From NCBI RefSeq assembly GCF_018977255.1, contig NW_024704742.1, positions 59,088,001 to 59,152,000 of the forward strand: a DNA stretch of 64,000 bases, in the 5' to 3' direction. Below, one piece after another: positions 22,904 through 35,964 of this stretch; the first letter of the stretch is position 1, and each line of letters opens with the position of its first letter. Source of the stretch: Callorhinchus milii (lineage: Eukaryota). A program made the position numbers and the translations under genes. Below the pieces are notes generated by a model. The model did not search any database. It was not told where the DNA came from and worked only from the letters and a program-made list of their open reading frames with translations.

Positions 22904-23959
22904 TATATATAATATAATAACAGAATATAATATAAATATAAGCCTGATTTATATTTCCCACATGCACACTATCTGAAATAGTGTGTTACACACAGTTATT
23001 CAATAACAAATAAATCTTATCCCATGACCGTTCTTGAGCAACATTAGACCGCTCAAGAATCGTCAAGAGAATATTGGGGATCACAGCCGGTACTGACATA
23101 CTGCTATTTTTATACTGCAAAGCTAACTGTTCCTGAACCCAAATCCTCCAGGTGATCTTAGAAGCAGGGCTCCAGCATGATACATGCTGCCTGAACTATA
23201 ACGTATATTGCAGATCAAATGTAGCTAGATTTAGTAGATCTGTGACTTTTGCACTATGTTCATGGAATAACTAATACATTTTCTGTGCAAAAACTGTGCA
23301 CAATAAGGATTCCAGAGAGGCTATAATGATGCCTATAGGAGTTATATTAATAATACGGCCATGTTTTTGAGGTTGGGACATTGCTACAGTAAAGCACAAC
23401 AAACTTTACTTTGTCTAGTCAGCAAGTGCTGGAGGCTAACTAAACATTGAAAGAGTGTTCCATTCCCCAGGTTTGACACTTTAATGAGCACAAGATGTAA
23501 AATATACAATATCTCAAATAATCTAAGGATATAACCGCTTTTTTCTTTGTTTTTCTGGATGCCAAAAGATGATGAGTATTGCCTTTCTAGTTGATTCTTT
23601 CAGGAAAACAGGTGTTCGCCAACTTCTTCCTCATGAACCTCTCAGTGCAGCTTGTAAATGGCTTCTATTACCAAATCCAAATGGAAACTACTTAAAGAAA
23701 TGGCCACCAGCTCCAATTCTATACACCCAGTTGCTACCCTTGACAAATAAAAGCAAAGAGTCCAAGACAGTTCTGTCATGTTGCACTAAAATCCAATCCA
23801 GGTCACTGGCAAACTAACTTTCATTAATCCTAAAATGGATCTGTTAAAATATGCAGCAAATGAGTGAGGTTAATACAAAGCGAAGTGCTGGAACAGTGGA
23901 GATGTCAAGTTCTCTGGGCAATCTACTTATTATGAGTTATATTCACATCCTCCTTGCAC

Positions 23960-24178
23960 TATTAGAAAAGAGAAAGGAGTTTGTCCTAGCCAACAATCCC
24001 CCAAATACAATTGATAATTCACATTATGACTGTTTGTGGGACAGTGCTGTGCACAAATTGGCTGCCATGCGTTCGTCCACAAAATATACAGTCAATTCAC
24101 TTTACTATATATTCTGTGAAGCGTTTTGAGACATCTTGAAGACATGATAAGGCGCTATATCAAATGCAAGGATTATTG
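23960..24178 (+). mobile_element. DeuSINE-like SINE 3' half
   Basis: GTCCTAGCCAACAATCCC...GTTTGTGGGACAGTGCTGTGCACAAATTGGCTGCC...GGCGCTATATCAAATGCAAGGATTATT. Confidence 0.8.
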
Positions 24179-24454
24179 AAACACATATAACTATTAAAAT
24201 ATAACCTGTGAAGTGCTTTGGGACGTCCTCCTGACTTGAAAGGCACTAAACCAGATTTTATTATTACTTAGGCCACTATATGTGGGACATTGCTGTATGC
24301 AACTACATAGCAATTTGGTAACATGATTGAAATCATACTGAATAATTAAGCTGGTTGTGAGGCTGAAGGTTTAAGAGACAATATTTTTTGCCTTAAAAGT
24401 TTGATTTGGTATTAAAGTTATCTATTAAATGGAATCTCGCGATAAACTTATTTT

Positions 24455-24852
24455 TGACAATCCTTAATAATAATGTTTCAAAGCACTTTACAAGATTTAA
24501 TGTAAAGTTTAGTAACTGTGTATTTTTAAACAGATATGGAAACCAATTTGCATACAACAACCTTCCACAAAAAGCCATGCAGTGGATGTCCAATTTTATT
24601 TGAGGATTTTTGGCCAGCACACTGGAAGAAACTCCCTTTTCTTTTGAATAGTGTTATGGGATCTTTAATATTCACATGATCAGGCAGACAGGACCTCAGT
24701 TTGATGTCTCATCTAAAGAAGGGCACCTCTGACAATGCAGCACACTCTCAGCATTGTATTGGACCGTCAGTCTAAATCGCGTAATTTCGAAGCTTCAACC
24801 CACAACCTTCTGACTCAGAGGTCAGAGCGCTACCAACTGATCAGACTGACAC
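24455..24852 (-). mobile_element. DeuSINE-like SINE, near full length
   Basis: Deu domain and head (AACCCACAACCTTCTGACTCAGAGG..TACCAACTGA) on the minus strand. Confidence 0.78.
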
Positions 24853-24879
24853 CTTGTTTTCCTTTAGAACAGGAAAATG

Positions 24880-25106
24880 ATAATAATAATCCCTCCAAAA
24901 AACGAAACAATAATAAACTGGTCATTTTCAATCCACGACTGTTTGTGGGACACTGCTGTGTGCAATTGGCTGCCGCGTTTCACCCACAAATATATGATCA
25001 ATTCACTTTACAGTATATTCAGTGAAGTGCTTTGAGACGTCTAGAAGATGTGAAAAGTGCTAAATCAAATGCAAGGATTATTATTGTTATTATTATTATT
25101 ATTATT
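24880..25106 (+). mobile_element. 5'-truncated SINE (short variant)
   Basis: TAATCCCTCCAAAAAAC..AATAATAAACTGGTCATTTTCAATC matches 15140-15350; (ATT)n tail. Confidence 0.82.
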
Positions 25107-25761
25107 AAAAGAGTTGCACATCATTGTTGTCATGTCAAACACAAGTAAAATGATTTATGTCACAGCAACAATATTGTTTACAATATTGTAAACAAATATT
25201 AAAAGGTTTGTGAAGCACTTTCTTATGAAGATGGTGCCCTTCTGTTAAAATGTGCATTATAATAAATGACTGAGGTTAATGCTGCTGAACTGGTTCACAT
25301 TGCTTAATTGCTGTTGCTGTGAGGGAAAGAAAATAAATACAGTAGAAAGAAAACATGCAAACAAATGGAAAATCATGGATTATACAGGAATGGTGAGGTA
25401 CAGTAATATAAAACCGGTACTTTTATTGCCCTTTCCTCTTTGGTTTTGCTAATCTGGACTGTTTTATATAAAAATCTACTTACAGCCATGGAAATGAAGC
25501 ATTTTCATTTGAGAGTTCTGCTGATCTCTCTTTTTTTAAAACTGAAATCATGTTATTCCAAGTAGCAACAAAAGAAAATTAAGATCCCACCAAATAGGCT
25601 TTTGTGTCTTGTCAAATAATCACTCAGTTCAATAGGTTTCTTTTAACTATAGTGACCCAATTCAGTGAGACTGTAATTTATTACATCTGTTGTTAATGGA
25701 GTACCCAATTCTGGCTTGCACATACATTTCTGGTGCAAATCCCTTTTTGAATCAGGTCACC

Positions 25762-26730
25762 AGGTACCTAATGGCTCAATGAGTAAATGCAGTGCCAGTG
25801 TGGCACTGAACCATACAAACCAGAAAAAAATTGACTTTATTCTTGGTGTACCCACAGATTAAGTTTTTACAATTAACGTGCTAGCACTCTCGCCTCTGAG
25901 TCAGAAGGTTGTGGGTTCAAGCCCCACTTTGGGATTTCGAATCATATAGTCTAAGCTGACACTCCAATGCAGTATTGTGGGGGTGTTGCATTGTCAGAAG
26001 TGCTGTCTTTCGGATGAGACGTTAAAACCAAAGTCCTGTCTACCTTTTCAGGTGGATGTTAAAGATCACATGGAACTATTTTCAGAAGAGGAGTTTATCC
26101 CAGTGTCCTGACCAACAATCCCCCAAATAAAATTGGTCACTCACTCCATGACTATTTGTGGGACATTGCTGTGTGCAACTGGCTGCCATATTCTGCCCAC
26201 AAAATACACAGTTAATCCACTTTACAATAATAATAATAATAATAATAATCCTTGCATTTGATATAGCGCTTTTCACGTCGGGAGGACGTCCCAAAGCGCT
26301 TCACAGAACACACTGTAAAGTGAATTGACTGTATATTTGTGGGCGAACAATATATCCTATGAAGCGCTTTGTGATATCTCGACGATGTGAAAGGCACTAT
26401 ATCAAATGCAAGGAATTTTATTATTATTACTATTATTATTATCTAGTCTTATAATCCTGGACTGAAAAGGGGAGACATCAGATAGGGCATCACTCTGTAC
26501 ACTCTGGATTCCAATCCAGTGACTTCCCTCACCCTGCTATAAAATGTATTTCTATGGACATTAGACGAGGACAGGATTGGGTTTGACTGTACAGATGAGT
26601 ATGCGATAGCACTCATTGCTCAACCTCTCTATGAAAGAATGACAACTGGTTTAATTTATCATAATGTTGTGTAACCATACTTCAGCTTGAGTAAATGAGT
26701 CAGGAAAGAAGGTAAGAAAACATTGATGGG
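25762..26730 (+). mobile_element. Old SINE-like repeat (third family) split by nested DeuSINE insertions
   Basis: Head GGCTCAATGAGTAAATGC..GGCACTGAACCATACAAACCAG at 25770-25830; body resumes at ~26460 (CCAGTGAC..GAGGACAGGATTGGG..CACTCATTG) and is similar to 35320-35590. Confidence 0.5.
25880..26441 (+). mobile_element. Full-length DeuSINE-like SINE containing a young antisense SINE tail (26230-26346, -)
   Basis: Head AGCACTCTCGCCTCTGAGTCAGAAGGTTGTGGGTTCAAGCCCC, Deu domain GTCTTTCGGATGAGACGTTAAA..CAGGTGGATGTTAAAGATC; nested copy flanked by ACAATA at 26224-26229 and 26347-26352. Confidence 0.88.
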
Positions 26731-26831
26731 GAAGGGAAAAAGATCTTTATTTTGTGCATTGAGGCTGCATATAGTCCACGGGATAAACAATTAATGGCTT
26801 TAAACCATAATAACATTAATTCTTGCTGATA

Positions 26832-27183
26832 TAATAATAATCCTTGTATTTGATATAGCCCTTATCACGTTTTTGAGATGTCTCAAAGCACTTCACAGGA
26901 TAAACTGTAAAGTTAATTGATTGTATATTTAATGGGTGAAACTCGGCAGTCAATTGCTCACGGCAGTGTCTCACAAACAGTTGTGGATTGAGTGCAAGTG
27001 CACTGGGACACTATCCCGAATGAAGGGCGCTATATAACTGTAAGTTGTTGTTGTTGTACTGTTAGATAAACAGAGATGTGTGGAATAAGGAAAGTTGCCC
27101 AACGTTTCGGCTTGACCAGGAATCAAACTCAGGTCCTCTTGTTTGTGAGGCAAGTGCTCTAACCACTAGGCTACAGGACTCCA
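26832..27183 (-). mobile_element. tRNA(Ala/Val-like)-head SINE with small nested L2 tail (~27000-27057, +)
   Basis: Head ...GTGCTCTAACCACTAGGCTACAGGACTCC; tail (AAT)n CCTTGTATTTGATATAGC; insert ends in TTG repeats. Confidence 0.78.
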
Positions 27184-28231
27184 AAAGATGCAGTGCCTTT
27201 TGTGTCGGGAAGACATCTTGAAGAATTCATTATAATGTGTCGTAACTGTGCATTTTGAAGGAGAACAAAGCAGCCAATTTGTGAAACGTCCTCCAAACAA
27301 CCATGAAGTGAATAACCAATTTTATCTTGCTTCTCATCCCCACGACTTACGCATTCATTGCCTCTTCCAAGGTCCGCCTCTGACTGTGCCTTTGGTCATT
27401 CATCCCCCTGCCCCTCCCACTCGATCCCACTCCGGCTCCCAAACTCTAGGTTGTGTCAAACCTGGAGGGACCTGGGATTTAGTCTTCCTTATATTATGGA
27501 AATTCTAGCTCAACTAGTGGATTGAATGCATATTATTATTCAGTTCTTTTTGGTAAAATGTTTGAATTCTTTGTGTCCAGGTGGGATTACTTGCCGCATT
27601 AAGTCATATAAATTGGTATAAAATACTGCAAACATTAGATAGTATGCTTGCAATGTTATTTTATGTTAAAAACGGGACATGATTACATTGATGAAACATG
27701 TTAAAATTCTCTTGTCGGAAACAATTTTCCACAATGCATCGCTGATCGCTCACTGGCATTGCACTCTGCTCTCATCAGTGGCAATCTCTCGCTGCTAATT
27801 ATTTGGGAAGCTTCCCGATTCATACAGGAAAATATAAATGGAATATAACCGTCAAGGGTAGCTGAAAGAAATTGCCCTTGGCTGTCATACAGACCAAATA
27901 TTAGGCCCTTCTACAAACAGCAAAGGCTTTATAAGTGTCAGTCCATGCCTAAATCAATGTTTATGCATGATGTATACTTGAATGGCAAACACTTGCTGCC
28001 TGAAAGCTAAACAACATTTTCATCTGTTCATCCATTTCTGTTTTCTCTGCCACAGTGGAGGGTGTTGCAAATTGCATTTAGTGCCAATTATCCACTGGCA
28101 TTTCATGAAGAGAAGAGTGCCGTGATTAATGAAACATGACACACGCAGATTACTCCGCAATACAGTCTCCTAGCCCAAAGTCCATCCTGACTGAACTACA
28201 GCTGATCTTTTATTTTTTTAAACAAGGTCAC

Positions 28232-28753
28232 AGCAGACCCTGAATATTCTGGAGATCTCCAGTGAGTGATGCTGCTAAACAGATACAGAGCATGAATTAA
28301 AAGCTGATGTAGCCACTTTCCCTCTTGGTACTTCAATAATGAAAGCTAAACAACTCACAAGGCCATCCGTCAACTCTCCTCATTATCCACTTCTCTGTGT
28401 TTGGTATATGGATTCAAACATGATCTGCGATATTATAATAATACTTGCATTTAATATAGAGCCTTATCACGTTGGTGAGATGTCCCAAAGCTCTTCATAG
28501 AATATACTGCAAATTGTCCGGGTGAAACTGGACAGCCAATTGCGCACAGCAGTGTCCCCCAAATAGTTATTACCCCCGGAAAAGTGATCCGCAAATCGAT
28601 TGACATCCGCAAATCGACTGTACCTATTTACTGCGAGGTGAACAGGCGTATTGAGTAAAGAAACTTGCCCAGCGTTTCGCTCTGCCTGGGAATCGAACTC
28701 AAGTCCTTTTGCTTGCGAGGCGAGTGCTCTAACCAATACGGTAAAGGATTTCC
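28232..28753 (-). mobile_element. Composite element: tRNA-head SINE (28433-28753) plus ~200-bp 3' extension (28232-28432), copy 1
   Basis: Whole unit is colinear with 53842-54424; the extension contains long identical blocks such as GAGTGATGCTGCTAAACAGATACAGAGCATGAATT and CATCCGTCAACTCTCCTCATT. Confidence 0.85.
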
Positions 28754-31248
28754 TGACCAGATAACGGCAAGAAAATACTAATTCGACATAAAGACCTAAT
28801 TAAAAGTCATTCCAGCAGTTGTGATTTAAATTTTTTAAAAATCCTCACACCAAAGAAAAAAACAAGATGACAGCACCAACAACTATAAAATAAATAAACA
28901 CAAAAAATATCTTAGGATGTTGTAGGACTCTCTGCCCTCAAATGATCCTTTAGTGTTCAACATAATAATAATCCTTGCATTTGATATATTCTCTGAAGAG
29001 CTTTGTGATGTCTCGAAGACGTGATAAAGCGTTATATCAAAAGAAAGAATGTTATTAACATTATTATAATATATATATGTGGGGCCTGAACCCACAACCT
29101 TCTGACACAAAGATGAGAATGCAACTTTGAGTCAGGCTGACAACATTAAACAATTCCGTACTTCAAATATTTCATCCCACTTTTCCATTAATTGTTGCTA
29201 ATTGAAATTCATTTTCGCTTGCTTCTTTGCTTTGTTAGATCGAACCTTCAAGTCTGGAGAGCAAATTGAAGATTATAAATCATGCCTGTGTATAATTCAC
29301 ACCACCTTATTTCCAGCTGTTGATTACTCACTGTGTCAAGAAATTACCCTCTCATGACAACTTTCCACATTTAAGATAAATTTGCGAAACTGAACTCCAA
29401 AATAAAACCTTTTTGACACCAAATGCAAATGAGGAAAAACTTAATTTTTAATTGGATCATGATGAGATTGATAGCTCAAATTGGTATCTTAAATAAATGC
29501 AAGCTGTTGTTGCATTGATATTAATACTGTGATTGGCAACCAAAATATTATAGACTCACTGAGAATGTCGATTCTGAGTCTTTCAGACTTTCATTCTGCT
29601 TAAATTTACTTTGCCAATTGTTTTTAATAGCTGCAATGAATAAGGAGGAACATAAGGATTGAATGCTTTCTCTAAGCCAAGAATGGTTTTGACCGTCCAC
29701 CAAATGAATTATTTTTGTCCTCAATTCTTGAAGTACACGTCTTCCGGTTTATTGTTGCCATCAAGTACAAGGATACCTCGGTCACTACGTCAACCTTCAA
29801 CCACTATGAAATATCTTGTCCACCTCCTACATGGAACTTACTCCAGTACAACTTGGGACTTCATTTCAAATAAAATACCACTGGACACTTCAGCTTGATT
29901 CATTATCATGTTGACTGAATATTACAGCATATTTTGGAAAGGGTCAATAATGGGTATTTTATTATTGTGAGCCAGTTATAAAAATAGTGTTGAGTTATAA
30001 ATTTCACATTGGACTTTACGGTAATTAGTAAGTAGAGTTACCAGAGTTATGAACGTTAATGTAATAAATTCAAATGAAGAAACTTGCTTTCATCAAAAAT
30101 ATATACTCAACGCAGCATTCTCATGACAGATAGAAGATGATGCCTTTCACTCATCTGATATGCCTAGGATTAACCTTTTCCCCCACAAATCTTTGTAATC
30201 CTGGGAAATACTGGCCATGAAATTCATCAGCTTCTTTCTCTATCTTGGGCAGCAAGTCATCCTCGGTTCTACACTCATCCTCTTTTGTTGCTATTCTATT
30301 TCACACTGGGTTTGCTGCTCTTAGTGCCATAATTATGTGCTTAGGAATATCAAAACAGAGTGTTTCTGCCTTTTGTGTCTAACATGATGCCCTGAAATAA
30401 TTACAGTCAGCCTAACCTGATTTGTGTTGATACAGTACTGAACCAATAAATAACTAGAAAGCTGGGTTTCAACATTTTTGACTGAATTTAAGAATTTTCT
30501 TAAATTGAGGAAACAAATTTAAGAATTTTCTTAAATTGCTGCACAATCTTAAATTGAAAAATTATCTTCCAGATCATAAGCAATTTCCAACCTCTGGTTT
30601 CTGCTATGCAACAGCTCATTATGACACTACTCATACTGCAAACTCTCTGGTGAGTTCAGATGTCCATGGGACTACGCAGTGGAGTGTTAATACTGCCACT
30701 GGGACAAACAGAGGATTCATGACACTCAATGATTTATTTATTTCCTACAACAAACTCTACTTAATTCTGATTAATTTGATGCTCTGTGTTGAAATAATTC
30801 TTCTCAGTTCATTGCTTGCCTTGCTACTCAGATCACTATTTCATAATTTTCTATTGTTTTAAAGAAGAATCAGAGCGAATTGGGTAAAATAATGAATGCA
30901 ATTATTTTCTCCCTGAAAAACACTGAGTGTATATTATATAGGAGCAGTAAACTTGAAAGAAAACCTATTCAATGCAATTGGCTTGCCAGTAACTTTGATT
31001 CACATTATGAACACACACAGACCTCTTTCATCTTCATTCTGCTTTGGTGTCAAGTCTTTATTCCTCAATCACCTGCAGTGAATATCATTATGTTCATAAT
31101 CCACTCAAGAAAAGATTTCTTATTCATAATCATAACACACTCCCAATGTTTGATTTGTTAAAAATGTAACTTAATGTAGAGAGCATATATTGAAATATCG
31201 GGCTGGAGAAAAGGATACCCTATTGTACCTTTATAATCAAAGTCATAG

Positions 31249-31713
31249 GGTTGGCTCAGTTGGTAGCGCTCTCGCCTCTGAGTCAAAAGGTTGTGTGTTC
31301 AAGCCAATTATAAACTCTGGTTTCAGGAAACTATCTGATGCCAAATTTGGAGTTTGAAGTTGTGATTCTAAACTGTAATTTTGAACTCACGTAGTCATTG
31401 AAGATACTACAGTGCAGTGGTGGAATGCATTGCATTTTTGCGGTTGCCGTACATCAGATGAGATGAGATCTGCCTGTTCATGTGGATGTTAAAGATCCCA
31501 TGTCATTATTTAAAAAGAGAAGGAAATTTCTCCCAGTGTCCTGGCCAACTACCTCCCGATAATATTGGTCATTCACTTCATGGCTATTTGTGGGACATCG
31601 CTCTGCACAATTTGGTGGCTGTTTTTTCCCTGCAAAATACACAGTCACTCAGACTGTGAAGCGCTTTGAAACATTTTCCTGACCTGAAAGGGATTATATC
31701 AAATGCAAGGATG
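31249..31713 (+). mobile_element. Full-length DeuSINE-like SINE with insertion after head
   Basis: GGTTGGCTCAGTTGGTAGCGCTCTCGCCTCTGAGTCAAAAGGTTGTGTGTTCAAGCC head (A and B boxes), Deu domain and tail. Confidence 0.82.
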
Positions 31714-32571
31714 ACATTTTTATCTCTCAGTATCATTTTTTATTGGTGTTCCAAAAGGTTATGTGCCCCAAAAGGTAATTTGATATTTTAATTCTTGACA
31801 TTAAAAATTCACTGATGGAATGAATTGTCTACAGTGACAATAAATATAGTATAAGTTGCCCTTATTTGAAACTGTTCTAAAATAATGGTATGGAGACATA
31901 TCTTCAAAATTGTTTCCTGACATCAGAGTCTGTTATTCCAGGGGCCTGAAATTCCATTTAGTCTTAGCCGGTAAGATTACTTTGTCTTATCATTTAATAA
32001 TTGTGAAAAATTCTTAAAACCAGACTTAATTTGGAAGCTAATTTTTTTACATCCTGCAGAAAATGAGCTTTCAAATTAAGATTGAATAGAATAATTTTTC
32101 ACGGTTCTGTCTGATTTTAAATTTTTGGATAAAATATTCTTATAGACTAGGACAAGGTGATATTTTGGGGCTCAGGTGTATTAGATTGTAATTGCAGTGA
32201 ATCACTGTTAATAAATCTCGAAGACCTGTAACATTGTTTTAAGAGATATTAACAGATCCAGCAAAATGTATGAATTTTAAAATGATTTACTGTTTATTTA
32301 AGATCTAATCCTGCAGGATTTATTTTTAACACCATTAAGATTGAATGAATACATAATATGGCCTACAAGAGAAGGTAAGAAATGACTGAAGTGATAAACA
32401 GAATATGATTCCTCTTTTGGACCATAACATCAGCATTAAGCGGTTCAGCTTAAGCTAAAGATAATTCTGATACAAACTCCAACCCTTCTAACACCATCTC
32501 AACATAACAGCATAGATATTGTCACTTATAACTGGTGATAATAATCAGTGTTGATAAATGTATTATTATTG

Positions 32572-32855
32572 ATAATAATAATAACCCTTACATTTGATAT
32601 AGAACCTGTCTTTTCAGAATGAAATCTCAACGTGCTTCATGGGATAAACTGTAAAGTGTAATGTCTGTATTTTGTAGGTGAACATAGCAGCCAATGTGCA
32701 GACATTTGGGGATTTGTTGGTAAGGACACTGTGAGAAACTCCCTCTTCTTTTTGAATAGTGTAATGGGATTTTTAATGTCCACCTGAACACCCAGATTGG
32801 AGCTCAGTCGAACATCTCATCTAAAGGATGGCACCTCTTATAATGCAGCACACTT
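32572..32855 (-). mobile_element. DeuSINE-like SINE, head missing
   Basis: Tail plus Deu domain (ATGTCCACCTGAACA..CATCTCATCTAAAGGATGGCACCTC). Confidence 0.72.
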
Positions 32856-34825
32856 CCAGGGAAAGGGAGTGGGGGTTAAGGTCACCTGGTGACCTTGATA
32901 GTTTGCCTAATAAGTACACAGTCACTGCACTCCACAGTAAATCCTGTGAAGAGCTTTAAAATGCTGCGTCAATGTGATACGGCACTGTATCAAATGTAAG
33001 GATTGTTATTTTAATTATTATTAACTATCTTTATTGTTTATAATGTCTTTATGGACAATGAAATAATTATCACTGGGGATTGATTCAAATAGCCAAACCG
33101 CAGCTCTCACTGAAAACCCATTTCTCAAATGTTCCTGATAACTCTGTAACATCAATACTCATGAGTGAGGAGTGTGGATTGGACTAATCAGAGGTCTAAC
33201 ATGTGGTAATTTCAAACTTGATGCCTCACTAAGGATACCAGAAATACATCACTCCAACTGGTGGCAGTTCCACTCAATGAGAAGTTCTTCTGGTTACCAG
33301 GATGAGTCCCCATCTGGTTTCCTCATTAAACAGTCCTATTGGAAATCACCACAAATGAGCTGAATGTATCAACAATTTTCAAAACAAATACTCAGCACCC
33401 TGACAGCATCAGCTTGATGTTTCCATATTGGCAGACAATAACCTAATATCTCTGAGTGAGATTGCATGATTAGTACCAATTAGTGCTGAATAATAGACCA
33501 TTTTGTGCTATAAATGCAAATCAGTTGAGAAATTGAACAAAGCTTTCCAAACTGATACCCCTTTGAACCATTCGCTAATATCAGAAAAAAGAGACTTTCA
33601 TCCTATCTATCTCATCTGGAGTTGGTGCACAGATTACATAGATGAAAAGGCTACTGCTATAACCCACTGCTCCACCAGTTGCTGTAAAATAGCTTGTAGA
33701 GTAGCTCAATGAGATGCAGTCTTCTGATGCAGCTGTGTTACGTGAATAGATTTTGAAGTGTATGCACTATAAACTAACACAAGCCAAACATTTAAAGATG
33801 TGTGCATTATGGAAACTATGACCAATTAAATATTTAACAAGTAACTCATGCCAATAAAATTATTCCTCATTTCACTGAAAACGAAGGTGATTGTAATGAG
33901 ATAGCTTCAGGCTATGTCTAGTTGATGTCATCTGTCCACACTCAGGATCTGAATGATATTGTGCAGCTGGTATGGATTCCGCAATGATTTAGGTGTTATG
34001 TAACAGGCACAGTAACAATTTCTGTTGAAAAAGACATATGTATTTTATATTGGTTGATGGTTGCAGAGGAAGTGAAAACAAAAACTACTTGAGAACAGTC
34101 TTGAGAACAGGGTCATCCAATACGTAGCCACGAGCCACTTCAGGTGAATTGACAATCCAGATGTGGAGAAACTGGAGTTTTGTTTAGTCATTAAAACATG
34201 AGTAGCTGACAACATCATTTGGAATGTGATCTCAATACTCACATGTGGATGGTGTATGCATGTTTACTTTGACCTTTTTATGCATTTGTTGGTAAAATGG
34301 TAAGATGAAAGGCAGTGTTTGTGAGTGTTTTTTCATTGTTCTGTATGCTTTACTTCCTTGGTCACTGCTTATTTGTAACCTGCTGATATGGTGTGTAGCA
34401 CGTGTGAAAATGCCACATTGAAGCATCTTGGAAATACTGTACCAGCAATATTGTATGAAGAGGGGAGCTGTCAATCATGGTCAGCTTGACCAATTGAAAT
34501 AACCATTCCAGTCAAGCGGAAGAAAGCAAGCCCAGCCAATAATAAGCAGCTCCAACAGGGCAACATGTGAAGTACATTTACCTGTGTGAGTGTTTATAAG
34601 GTATTTTCTACTAATATTTGTGTAAGTGGCTAAAATGGTGTCACCCTAGCCATACCTGTGGCCAGTCAGCGATTTCTATTGAACAACACTGATCTACACA
34701 ATGAAGCGCTATTGAGTACGGTGATAGTACAAGTGTTTGGCACCTTCAATTGTATACTTGGTTACACATTTTGATCTTCAATATCTCACAGAATGCAATT
34801 CTGAGCTACAGAGACAAAAATGGAT

Positions 34826-35300
34826 ATCACAGAATTACACCGAGTAATATAGTATGGAACCAGGCCAATTGTCCATTTAGCCTGTGCTGGTGTTTATACT
34901 TCACACAAGCCTCCACCCCTCCTGGTTCCCTCTTATATACCCCTTTAGTCCCTTCTCTCATATATGCAACTAGTTTTCTATTAAACACATTGATGCTTTT
35001 TGTTTCAAATCAGTTTCCAACAATGAGTTCCACATTCTCATAACCCTCTGTGTGAAGAAATTCTTCCTAAATACCCTGTTAGATCTGCTCATTTTAAGCT
35101 CCCCAAAGTGTGAAGGATACTAAATAAATGCACATTGTTGTTGTTCTAACAACTATCCTATATCTCTGCCCTATTGTTTGTAACTTACTAATAAGTGTAA
35201 ATAATCTATCAACAGTCATCTTATTAAACCTTTTTACAATCTTGAACACCTCTATCAGGTTCCCTCTCAATCTTTCCAGTGCTCCCAGTGCTAACATCAA
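34826..35300 (-). mobile_element. CR1 3' fragment
   Basis: Minus translation LERLRGNLIEVFKIVK..VDRLF (CR1 ORF2 C-terminus) followed by a CR1 3' UTR. Confidence 0.75.
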
Positions 35301-35319
35301 AACAGTCAGATAAATGAAG

Positions 35320-35590
35320 GATGGGTTAGATACAGAGAAAGACCAGACCCAGAGGAAGCTGTGCTGTTGTAGTCAATCCTATTGGAAATGGCAGTGCAGT
35401 GATACATTTCCTGAACTAGAGAAATGTGTATAAAAACAGGGAGGATTCTAGCTCCTGATCACTTGGCAGTGACTCCTAGGGAAAAGTAGGCAAGTGTGTG
35501 AATGTCAGGTGAGGCTAGGGTGAGCTTCAGTTTCTGTGGTTGAACAGCATCTCGACACTCATTGTCTTAGATCACACATCAAATAAGAGA
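35320..35590 (+). mobile_element. Old SINE-like repeat (third family)
   Basis: GCTCCTGATCAC..CAGTGACTCC..TGTCAGGTGAGG..GACACTCATTGTC; similar to 26460-26640. Confidence 0.5.
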
Positions 35591-35824
35591 CAACAAAAAG
35601 CTTGCAGTGTTAATAGCATTTCCTGGTCTGAGTCATTGCCTTCAGGAGTGGATGAGTAAAGGGACAAACAATAATAACAATACGGACGAGCTTTGACTTG
35701 CAGCTGAAAGTATCTATGTGACATTTGCACTGTATAAAGTTCTGTAAAAACCGATGGTTGAACAGATAGTGATGTGATTCCTGGCACCTGCCATGATGGA
35801 CAGTCTAAATCAGATGGTGCGCTT

Positions 35825-35860
35825 CCATCCATCCATCCATCCATCCATCCATCCATCCAT

Positions 35861-35919
<59 letters not shown>

Positions 35920-35964
35920 TCCATCCATCCATCCATCCATCCATCCATCCATTCATTCATTCAT
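35825..35964. repeat. Compound microsatellite (CCAT)9(CCAG)14(CCAT)9(TCAT)3
   Basis: Directly counted from the sequence. Confidence 0.95.

Noticed and set aside
30573..30649. Leader-peptide-like exon (MQQLIMTLLILQTL..|GTGAGT)
   Set aside because: Weak acceptor, phase 2 rather than the usual phase 1, and no downstream partner exon found.
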